This document shows, piece by piece, positions 1 through 7,825 of a stretch of 64,000 nt of DNA (within the stretch, counting starts at the first letter, position 1; each line of letters opens with the position of its first letter). The position numbers were made by a program, and so were the translations under genes. The stretch covers positions 109 through 64,108 of the forward strand of contig DASWHW010000050.1 in the NCBI GenBank assembly GCA_036397975.1. The letters are read 5' to 3'. Source of the DNA: Bacteroidota bacterium (GTDB lineage Bacteria > Bacteroidota > Ignavibacteria > UBA10030 > UBA6906). Under the pieces are notes generated by a model, which was given only the letters and a program-made list of their open reading frames with translations, was not told the origin of the DNA and searched no databases.

Positions 1-1
1 C

Positions 2-190
2 GGACGACGATATTATCGCCGACCGGGAATGCAAAGCTCCGGAAAGCAGACGAAGCATTCGAAAGCACAGAAGAGCCAACCGGTTCAGGATCAACCCGAC
101 CGATTAACGCTTTCGGAGGAAGCGCGCAAACTTCTCAAGGAAAAAAAGATCGCGGCATCAAGAAATACTGAAGAAGCAAAAGGCTGGTGA
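2..190 (+). CDS. C-terminal fragment of an unidentified protein (5' end outside window)
   Basis: Frame 2 is open from the window edge to TGA at 188-190; translation ends ...LTLSEEARKLLKEKKIAASRNTEEAKGW; no recognisable domain; a hairpin follows. Confidence 0.3.
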   Translation, partial: GRRYYRRPGMQSSGKQTKHSKAQKSQPVQDQPDRLTLSEEARKLLKEKKIAASRNTEEAKGW

Positions 191-323
191 ATGGGAGGAT
201 GTACACAAGAAGACCTCGAAGAGGAGCGCGCGGCAAAGAAAACGCTGAGTTGATTTCGAAGTGACAGATACGCGATCCGGCCACACTCTCCTGAACAAGT
301 TGAATCCTCGCTGGCTGAAACGA

Positions 324-370
324 ATGCCGATCTCTCTTTGCCTGCTGGAGAGGATCGGCATGATTTTCCC
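324..370. terminator. Bidirectional terminator-like hairpin between the upstream fragment and htrA
   Basis: Inverted repeat atgccgatc(tctc)...(gaga)gatcggcat at 324-361, flanked by gattttcc on + and ttcgtttc on -; lies 18 nt beyond the htrA stop. Confidence 0.4.
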
Positions 371-378
371 AAGGACTG

Positions 379-1581
379 TTAGGTATTCCTTTTCTGAAGC
401 TTGAGATTCAGTTCAATGATCTTTTTTTCTCGAATCACCTTCACGCGGAGCGTGTCGCCGGTCCGCGCATCATTAACGATGGCAACCAACGTTCCTTGAT
501 CCGATATTTTTTCTCCGTTGACCTCAAAGATGATGTCTCCCACTTTGAATCCCCCTTTGTCTCCGGGACTCCCTTTCCGAACCTCACTGATGATAACACC
601 CTCGGTACGGTCAAGACCAAAGTATCGCGCAATCTGCCGATCGACAGGAGCGACTTCAAGCCCTGTAAAATAATCGCGGTCGATCTTGCCATTCTTCCGC
701 AACTCATCCACAATACCCTTAACACGATTAATGGGAATCGCAAAGCCAAGTCCTATACTCCCCTGGTTGGGTGTATAGATCACTGAATTCACGCCGATCA
801 CTTCGGCCAATGCGTTGAGCAGCGGTCCCCCGCTATTTCCTGAATTGATTGCCGCGTCGGTTTGAATCATGCCCCGATATACTCTCCCCTCCTGGGCACG
901 AAGGTTCATATCGGTCGCACTTACCACTCCAACTGTCACGGTAGGTTTGTCAGAAATATCAAACAATCCAAAAGGATTGCCGAACGCAATTACCCATTCA
1001 CCGATGATTACATCATCCGAGTTTCCTAATTTCAGATACGGGAGATTCTTACCGTCAATCTTCAAGAGGGCAATGTCGGTCACCAGATCATTTCCGATGA
1101 TCTTTGCATCATACTTCTCACCATTTGTCAGCGTCACAGTTATCTTTGTCGCGTTCCCGGCGACATGATCATTCGTCAGAATATATCCGTCCGATGAAAT
1201 GATGAAGCCGGATCCGAGACTCGGAATTCGTTGCGTGTACGACTGGTCGCCAAAGAAATTCCTGAAGAATGGATCGTCACCCCAGGGTGACCATCGGCGC
1301 ACCACTCGTTCCTCTATGACATTTATCCCAACTACTGCAGGACTTGCGATTGCGACGGTTCTCGTGATCGCATTTTGCCGGGAGGCGGATATATCATCGG
1401 ACGGCCTGCCGGGATCCTGGGCTTTCACAACATTCTGAACAACAGGTATTTCATTTACCGGTGGTTGTTCGCTTTTCGATCCACTGATCCATGCGGCAAC
1501 ATCCAGTTTATGCTCGATGTACGCTCCCCCAGCAACAAGCATCAAGACCAGGGTTAGCAACCCTATATGTTTCATTTTCAA
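379..1581 (-). CDS. htrA: HtrA/DegP-family periplasmic serine protease (trypsin-like domain plus PDZ)
   Basis: Signal peptide MKMKHIGLLTLVLMLVAGG; catalytic motif GNSGGPLLN; C-terminal PDZ-like region; 400 aa. Confidence 0.9.
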   Translation of the reverse strand: MKMKHIGLLTLVLMLVAGGAYIEHKLDVAAWISGSKSEQPPVNEIPVVQNVVKAQDPGRPSDDISASRQNAITRTVAIASPAVVGINVIEERVVRRWSPWGDDPFFRNFFGDQSYTQRIPSLGSGFIISSDGYILTNDHVAGNATKITVTLTNGEKYDAKIIGNDLVTDIALLKIDGKNLPYLKLGNSDDVIIGEWVIAFGNPFGLFDISDKPTVTVGVVSATDMNLRAQEGRVYRGMIQTDAAINSGNSGGPLLNALAEVIGVNSVIYTPNQGSIGLGFAIPINRVKGIVDELRKNGKIDRDYFTGLEVAPVDRQIARYFGLDRTEGVIISEVRKGSPGDKGGFKVGDIIFEVNGEKISDQGTLVAIVNDARTGDTLRVKVIREKKIIELNLKLQKRNT

Positions 1582-1590
1582 TTGAGGTTC

Positions 1591-2550
1591 CTACTTCTTA
1601 CGCTTCATCACCCGCTTGACCGCCGCAACAATCGCATCCTTATCAATCCCGTACTTCTTCATCAGATCCTTTCCGTTGCCAGATTCGCCGAACGTATCGT
1701 TCACCGCGACGAATTCCTGGGGCGTCGGGATTGCTTGCGCTAGATACTCTGCCACTGCACTGCCGAGCCCACAATGAATCTGATGATCTTCCGCCGTCAC
1801 GATCGCACCGGTTTCTTCCGCCGCCTTGAGAATCGCTTTTTTGTCAAGCGGCTTGATTGTGTGCATGTTCAAAACGCGCACGGAGATCTTTTCCATCAGG
1901 AGTTCTTCCGCCGCCTGCACAGCCTCCCATACCTGCAGCCCTGCTGCGATCACGGTAACGTCCTTTCCTTCCACCAACGTGTTGGCTTTTCCAATTTCGA
2001 ACGGAGTCGTTTCATCGGTGAACATCGGTGTGTTGTCTCGAAAATACCGCATGTACACCGGTCCTTTCGTTATTCCTAAGGACGCTTTAACGGCCCGCTT
2101 TGTTTCAAGATAATCGCAGGGCGAAATGACGGTCATGTGGGGAAGGACGCGCATCAAAGCCATGTCTTCCAGGGACTGATGCGTTGCTCCATCCGGGCCG
2201 ACAGTGATGCCGCTGTGAGACGCGCAAATCTTCACCGGCATTTCACTATAGGCAATTGACTGCCGGATCTGATCGAATGGTCTTCCTGCGGCAAATTCGC
2301 CGTACGCGGAGGCAATTGGAATTTTTCCGACAAGCGCAAGTCCTGCCGCGATTCCCATCATATCCGCTTCAGCCACGCCGACTGAAAAGAACCGTTCGGG
2401 ATATGCTTTGGCAAATGCATCCACTTTCACGGAGCCACTCACATCTCCTCCAAGAACTACCACATCCGGGTTCTCCTCGCCAAGTTCCATCAACGCGTCC
2501 GAGAAGCCCTGGCGCGTTGCTTTTTCACCTTTACTTTGAATGAGACTCAT
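1591..2550 (-). CDS. Transketolase C-terminal subunit (pyrimidine-binding/C-terminal domains)
   Basis: 319 aa; motifs GVAEADMMGIAAGLAL and HSGITVGPDGATHQSLEDMA typical of split transketolase subunit B. Confidence 0.9.
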   Translation of the reverse strand: MSLIQSKGEKATRQGFSDALMELGEENPDVVVLGGDVSGSVKVDAFAKAYPERFFSVGVAEADMMGIAAGLALVGKIPIASAYGEFAAGRPFDQIRQSIAYSEMPVKICASHSGITVGPDGATHQSLEDMALMRVLPHMTVISPCDYLETKRAVKASLGITKGPVYMRYFRDNTPMFTDETTPFEIGKANTLVEGKDVTVIAAGLQVWEAVQAAEELLMEKISVRVLNMHTIKPLDKKAILKAAEETGAIVTAEDHQIHCGLGSAVAEYLAQAIPTPQEFVAVNDTFGESGNGKDLMKKYGIDKDAIVAAVKRVMKRKK

Positions 2551-2562
2551 TTTCTTACCTTC

Positions 2563-3465
2563 TTATTTTGCTGTGATGAGTTCCTTTTCCCAATCGAATT
2601 CAATAAAATCACCGAATTCCGTTGGGTCTAATTCACTGAGGGCTTTCTTCCCTTGCTCAAGGTTTGGCGGCAGGCCATGCCAGCGGTAATCATCTTCCAT
2701 GAATGAGACACCCCGCCCCATAAATGTCTTCGCGATTACCACTGATGGTTTTCCCCTGTGCTCCTTCGCCTTCCCAATCGCATCCAGGAAATCAGGAATC
2801 TTGTGACCGTCGCATTCGAGGACATTCCACCCGAACGACCGCCACTTGTCGGCAAGAGGTTCAATCTGCATCACCTTGTCTGTGCGATTATCGATTTGGC
2901 AGAAGTTCCGATCAACGATCGCTGTCAGATTATCCAGACCGTAATGGGCAGCGGTCATCATTCCCTCCCATATCTGACCTTCATCAAGTTCTCCATCTCC
3001 ATGAAGCACATAGACGCGGTTCGGTTTCTTGTCCAATCGTAGACCGATGGCACAACCCACTGCGATCGACATTCCCTGACCAAGCGAGCCTGATGCGATT
3101 TCCACCCCGGGCAAGCCATGGGTGTAGGCGGGGGCAGGATGACCCTGGAGTCTCGTGTTTATTTTTCGAAGTGTTGCCAACTCTTGAATAGGGAAGAACC
3201 CTGCCCGGGCAAGAGTCGCATACCACACCGGCGCCAAATGCCCTGCAGAGAGAAAGAAGTAGTCGCGTTCCGGCCAGTTGTGATTTTTTGGGTCATGGCG
3301 GAGTATATTGAAATACATCGATGAAAAAATGTCCGCCAGACCCAAGGGACCGCCAGAGTGACCGGACTGGGAGATCATCAGCATTTTGATGATGTCCCTG
3401 CGTATTTGCCTGGCCATCTCCTCCAAACCCTTATGATCAAGCTTTTGAGTATTTGATTGAGGCAT
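2563..3465 (-). CDS. Transketolase N-terminal subunit (TPP-binding domain)
   Basis: 300 aa; motifs GHSGGPLGLADIFS, HGDGELDEGQIWE; directly upstream of the C-terminal subunit. Confidence 0.9.
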   Translation of the reverse strand: MPQSNTQKLDHKGLEEMARQIRRDIIKMLMISQSGHSGGPLGLADIFSSMYFNILRHDPKNHNWPERDYFFLSAGHLAPVWYATLARAGFFPIQELATLRKINTRLQGHPAPAYTHGLPGVEIASGSLGQGMSIAVGCAIGLRLDKKPNRVYVLHGDGELDEGQIWEGMMTAAHYGLDNLTAIVDRNFCQIDNRTDKVMQIEPLADKWRSFGWNVLECDGHKIPDFLDAIGKAKEHRGKPSVVIAKTFMGRGVSFMEDDYRWHGLPPNLEQGKKALSELDPTEFGDFIEFDWEKELITAK

Positions 3466-3497
3466 ACGTTCCTCTTATGATTCAATATTTGTTTTTA

Positions 3498-4097
3498 TCA
3501 AACTGTAAAATGATCCTTAATTGGTGCGATCAGCCGAAGAAGAATTGGCAAAAAAAACAATAACCCAAACCAACGAATCTCGCCGATCGGCGCCGGAACG
3601 GAGATTAGCTCCTCCATCCATGAAGCGGGTGAAATCAGGAAAAAGATGAGAAGACCTATCGAGGCAACGGCGTTTCCGAGATTGACCTTGCGAAAGATTG
3701 CAAACCCCAATCCCCAGAGGACACCCCACATGGCAACAATGAGCCACCCAAGCACGAACATTACCCCGGCCGCTGTTGCCAGCCCTCTCCCCCCCTTCCA
3801 TTTCAACCATACGGGAAAATTATGCCCGATTACCGCCCCAACACCTGCAGCGGCGGCGGCGGCAAATTCATTTCCCCAAAAGAACAAAGGGAACATCGCG
3901 CTGACTACTCCCTTCACCAGATCAAGAATGAGAACTGCCACTCCCACTGCACGCGATCGTGTCACTTCATAACTGTTCAGCGTTCCAACGTTGCCACTCC
4001 CCACTTTTCTGATGTCCACCCGAGCCTTCCACCAAACAATGAGATACGCAAAAGGAATAGAGCCGAGAAGATATCCGAAGACGATCGACACAAGCAA
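3498..4097 (-). CDS. plsY: Glycerol-3-phosphate acyltransferase PlsY
   Basis: 199 aa polytopic membrane protein; N-terminal YLLGSIPFAYL...GSGNVGTLN PlsY signature; alternative TTG start. Confidence 0.85.
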   Translation of the reverse strand: MLVSIVFGYLLGSIPFAYLIVWWKARVDIRKVGSGNVGTLNSYEVTRSRAVGVAVLILDLVKGVVSAMFPLFFWGNEFAAAAAAGVGAVIGHNFPVWLKWKGGRGLATAAGVMFVLGWLIVAMWGVLWGLGFAIFRKVNLGNAVASIGLLIFFLISPASWMEELISVPAPIGEIRWFGLLFFLPILLRLIAPIKDHFTV

Positions 4098-4142
4098 AAG
4101 AGAACACGCGAGAGGCTGTTAATCACTGATGAGGATTGGAAA

Positions 4143-4171
4143 AACATAAAGAAAATCGGAGGGAGAATCAA
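4143..4171 (-). promoter_or_regulatory. Candidate sigma70-like promoter for plsY (TTGATT-17-TATGTT on the minus strand)
   Basis: -35 is the reverse complement of 4166-4171, -10 the reverse complement of 4143-4148, spacer 17 nt; TSS about 38 nt before the plsY start. Confidence 0.25.
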
Positions 4172-4203
4172 GAAACAGTAGTTCGACGTAAGCTCATGGT
4201 TCC

Positions 4204-4232
4204 TTGCTTCTCCATCGCAAAACGAGTATATT
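4204..4232 (+). promoter_or_regulatory. Candidate sigma70-like promoter for larB (TTGCTT-17-TATATT)
   Basis: -35 at 4204-4209 and -10 at 4227-4232 with a 17-nt spacer; would give a ~125-nt leader containing a hairpin plus U-rich tract at 4252-4292. Confidence 0.3.
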
Positions 4233-4362
4233 TGCAACGCACTGAAGCAGTGAACGGACCCGCGAGCGTTACTCCGTTCGCCTCCTCTTTTCGACACGTC
4301 TTTCACTCTCCACAAGTTCCGGTCGATTGTGTTGACGTCCGCCATCTCCACAGCAGCGATTC

Positions 4363-5109
4363 ATGGGAAGCAAACTCTCTACACTTCTTAAAGATTTTCG
4401 AACGGGAAGAATCAGTCAGGAGACGCTCCTTGAAGCCCTTCCCTCCCACATGTCTGAATCATTGGGGTTTGCAACAATTGACCATCACCGAGAACTCCGC
4501 CAGGGCTTTCCGGAAGTCATTCTCTGTGAAGGAAAAACAGAAAAGCAGGTTGCAGAAATTGCCCGGAAGATTGTCGCCAATGGAAACATACTGTTGGCAA
4601 CACGGGCAAATCCCGCATACTACAAAGCCGTTCGAAAAAGAGTCCGCTCCTCGAAGTATAATGAGCTTGGGAGGGTTATCACCGCAAACGAAAAACTCAT
4701 TCGACCGAAAGGCAAAGGAACGATTCTCGTCATAACTGCCGGCACCTCGGATATCCCGGTGGCTGAAGAGGCTTGCGAAACTGCCCGCCTGATGGGCAAT
4801 CAGGTAGATCGTCTTTATGATGTGGGTGTCGCAGGAATCCACAGGCTTCTGACGAAGAGCGAAAAGCTGAAGACAGCAAACGTTCTCATCGTTGTTGCAG
4901 GCATGGAAGGCGCACTCGCAAGCGTTGTCGGTGGCCTCGCCTCTGTTCCGGTGATTGCCGTCCCGACGTCTGTCGGATACGGAACAAGCCTCAACGGCAT
5001 TGCTGCCCTGCTGGGCATGCTGAACTCATGCGCTGCAGGCGTTACCGTCGTTAATATCGATAATGGTTTCGGCGCTGGATACGCGGCGAGCGTTATCAAT
5101 AGGAATTAA
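4363..5109 (+). CDS. larB: LarB-type PurE-like carboxylase (nickel-pincer nucleotide cofactor biosynthesis protein LarB family)
   Basis: 248 aa; PurE/AIR-carboxylase-like C-terminal domain (ILVITAGTSDIPVAEEA...VVAGMEGALASVVGGL...VIAVPTSVGYG) with a ~90-aa N-terminal extension as in LarB. Confidence 0.7.
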   Translation: MGSKLSTLLKDFRTGRISQETLLEALPSHMSESLGFATIDHHRELRQGFPEVILCEGKTEKQVAEIARKIVANGNILLATRANPAYYKAVRKRVRSSKYNELGRVITANEKLIRPKGKGTILVITAGTSDIPVAEEACETARLMGNQVDRLYDVGVAGIHRLLTKSEKLKTANVLIVVAGMEGALASVVGGLASVPVIAVPTSVGYGTSLNGIAALLGMLNSCAAGVTVVNIDNGFGAGYAASVINRN

Positions 5110-5132
5110 GTGCACAAAACAAGGAATCGTTT

Positions 5133-6524
5133 TTGATGGCAAGAGATCTTTCGAAAATTCAATTTGCTGAAGATATCCTCAAGGCAATCGGAAAAACGCC
5201 TTTGATAAGACTTCGAAAGGTGATTGGCGATGCGAAAGGCCTGATCCTTGCGAAAGCCGAATATCTGAATCCCGGCGGGTCGGTCAAAGACCGCATCGGT
5301 GTTTCGATTATTGATGAAGCCGAACGAGATGGACGGCTCAAGCCCGGTGGGACGATCGTCGAATCAACATCCGGGAACACAGGAATGGGATTGGCGCTTG
5401 TTGCTGCGGTTCGGGGCTACAAGACGGTGTTTACGCTTCCGGATAAGATGAGCATGGAAAAAATTCGCTTGCTTCGTTCCTTCGGCGCTGAAGTGATTGT
5501 GACCCCAACCGCTGTCCCGCATGAATCCCCCGAAAGCTACACGGAAGTGGCAAAAAAAGTAGTACGCGAAACGCCAAATTCAATTCTTGCAAATCAATAC
5601 TACAACCCTCGAAATCCGGAATCTCATTACTTGTCCACCGGACCGGAAATCTGGGAGCAAACCGACGGAAAAATCGATTGCTTTGTCTGCGGCATCGGAA
5701 CCGGCGGCACGATCAGTGGTGCGGGCAAGTATCTCAAGGAAAAGAACCCCGCTATCAAAGTCATCGGCATTGATCCGAAGGGTTCGTCTCTGCGAGAATA
5801 CTTCTACACAAAAAAAATGAATCCCGTTCTCAAAACCTATAAGGTCGAAGGCATCGGTCAGGACTATGTTCCCGGAACACTTCACTTCGAGTATATCGAT
5901 GAGGTGGTGGAAGTGACCGACAAGGAGTCATTCTTGATGGCGCGTCGCATTACCAGGGAGGAGGGAATCCTGGCAGGAGGTTCGAGCGGAACGGCGATCT
6001 CAGGATTGTTGAAAGTCGCCGACCGGTTCAAAGAGGGAGAAGTCATAGTGGTTCTTCTCCCGGATACTGGCGAGCGGTATCTCTCCAAAATCTACAATGA
6101 CGATTGGATGGAGGAGAATGGTTTCCTCGCCCCCGAAAGAGTGACTGCACGATATGTGCTTGAGTCGAAAAAGCGGAGAGGAAAACTCGTTTCTGTCGAT
6201 CCGCTCACAACCGTGCGAAAGGCTTTGGACCTGATCAAGGAAAACGACATCTCGCAGCTTCCGGTTCTTGATCGAGGGAAAGCCGTTGGCGCAGTTCACG
6301 ACAACGAACTGATGAGCGCCGTTCTTGAGCGCCCCGCACTTGTGGATTCGCCCATCAGCACTGTTATGGGACCGGCTTTTCCACAGGTGAACATCGATAG
6401 CCAGATCGAAGATATCATTCGCCTTATGACGACTAAAAAGAACGCTGCTGTCCTCGTGGAAGAGGATCAAAAAATAAACAGCGTTCTGACACGCTACGAC
6501 GTCATAGAGTATATGGGAAAGTGA
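5133..6524 (+). CDS. Cystathionine beta-synthase (PLP-dependent cysteine-synthase-fold domain plus C-terminal CBS-domain pair)
   Basis: 463 aa; N-terminus KTPLIRL...YLNPGGSVKDRIG (tryptophan-synthase beta-like PLP fold), C-terminal ~120 aa Bateman/CBS module. Confidence 0.8.
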   Translation: MMARDLSKIQFAEDILKAIGKTPLIRLRKVIGDAKGLILAKAEYLNPGGSVKDRIGVSIIDEAERDGRLKPGGTIVESTSGNTGMGLALVAAVRGYKTVFTLPDKMSMEKIRLLRSFGAEVIVTPTAVPHESPESYTEVAKKVVRETPNSILANQYYNPRNPESHYLSTGPEIWEQTDGKIDCFVCGIGTGGTISGAGKYLKEKNPAIKVIGIDPKGSSLREYFYTKKMNPVLKTYKVEGIGQDYVPGTLHFEYIDEVVEVTDKESFLMARRITREEGILAGGSSGTAISGLLKVADRFKEGEVIVVLLPDTGERYLSKIYNDDWMEENGFLAPERVTARYVLESKKRRGKLVSVDPLTTVRKALDLIKENDISQLPVLDRGKAVGAVHDNELMSAVLERPALVDSPISTVMGPAFPQVNIDSQIEDIIRLMTTKKNAAVLVEEDQKINSVLTRYDVIEYMGK

Positions 6525-6569
6525 TTCGCACTAGTAATTTTTTCCTACCACTACATCACCAGGCAACCG

Positions 6570-7706
6570 ATGCGATTTTCGACGAGAGCAATTCACGCAG
6601 GGCAACCGGCAGAACCCACCACCGGCGCAATCATGACGCCGGTGTTCCTTACTTCGACATACGTTCAGGAGGAGTTGGGAAAACACAAGGGCTACGAGTA
6701 CAGTCGCGTTTCCAACCCAACACGCACAGCGCTCGAGCAAAACATAGCATCCCTTGAAGGGGGAAGGGAGGGAATGGCATTCTCCTCTGGCACTTCCGCA
6801 GTGGATGCAATCATGCGCCTCCTCAAGCCGGGCGATCACGTTATCGTCTCAAGGAACGTCTATGGCGGCACGTACCGTATTGCAAAAATGATATGGGAGG
6901 AATTCGGCCTGCAGTTTTCTTTTGTCGACACGACCAATCTCAATGAAGTCGAAAAGACCATCTGGCCACACACGAAGATGTTGTTCATCGAAACACCAAC
7001 GAATCCAACCATGGAGATTACTGATCTCGCTGGCGCGGCGGCGTTGGCGCGAAAATACAAGTTGATTTCTGTTGTGGACAATACGTTTGCGACCCCCTAT
7101 CTCCAGCAGCCAATTACCTTCGGGTTTGATGTTGTCGTTCACAGCCTGACGAAATATCTGAATGGCCACAGCGACATGCTGGGCGGCTTCGTTGTAACCA
7201 ATGAGGCATGGATCGCGGAGAGACTCCGGTTTCTTCAAAAATCCGTGGGCGCCATTCTGAGTCCCTTTGACGCCTGGTTGTGCATGCGGGGAACGAAGAC
7301 GCTAGCCGTCCGGATGCGTCAGCACAATGAGAACGCGATACTGGTCGCGGAGTGGCTTGAGAAACAAAACCGGATTCTTAAAGTGTACTACCCCGGGCTT
7401 CCTGATCATCCCCAGCACGAGCTTGCAAAAAAGCAGATGCGAGGTTTTGGCGGGATGATTTCGTTTGAATTAGGAAGCATGGATGCTGCGAATTCGTTCC
7501 TCAAGCGGCTCCGCATCTGTGCCCTCGCTGAAAGCCTGGGAGGGGTTGAATCCATCATCACCCACCCTGCAAGCATGACGCATGCGGCAATTCCCCCGGA
7601 GGAACGGAAACGTATCGGCGTTACCGATGGGCTTGTCAGAATCTCCGTTGGCATCGAGGATGTCGAAGACATTATTGCGGATCTCGATGAAGCGTTGAAC
7701 TCGTAG
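6570..7706 (+). CDS. Cystathionine gamma-lyase/gamma-synthase family PLP enzyme (trans-sulfuration)
   Basis: 378 aa; N-terminus RAIHAGQ...PVFLTSTY, typical MetB/MetC/CGL family; follows the CBS gene. Confidence 0.85.
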   Translation: MRFSTRAIHAGQPAEPTTGAIMTPVFLTSTYVQEELGKHKGYEYSRVSNPTRTALEQNIASLEGGREGMAFSSGTSAVDAIMRLLKPGDHVIVSRNVYGGTYRIAKMIWEEFGLQFSFVDTTNLNEVEKTIWPHTKMLFIETPTNPTMEITDLAGAAALARKYKLISVVDNTFATPYLQQPITFGFDVVVHSLTKYLNGHSDMLGGFVVTNEAWIAERLRFLQKSVGAILSPFDAWLCMRGTKTLAVRMRQHNENAILVAEWLEKQNRILKVYYPGLPDHPQHELAKKQMRGFGGMISFELGSMDAANSFLKRLRICALAESLGGVESIITHPASMTHAAIPPEERKRIGVTDGLVRISVGIEDVEDIIADLDEALNS

Positions 7707-7825
7707 CGTGAACACAGCGGGTACCGCACCGTTTCATTGAATTCTTGCTCGATTTTTTATATCTTGATGCCGGATTGAATGAAATCCTCAATTCCTCTTT
7801 CACCCTCACCAACCGAACAACGCAT

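Noticed and set aside
4136-4735. 199-aa plus-strand ORF overlapping the larB 5' region
   Set aside because: It is out of frame with larB, spans the promoter/leader region, and its translation has no domain features. It is most likely a chance ORF.
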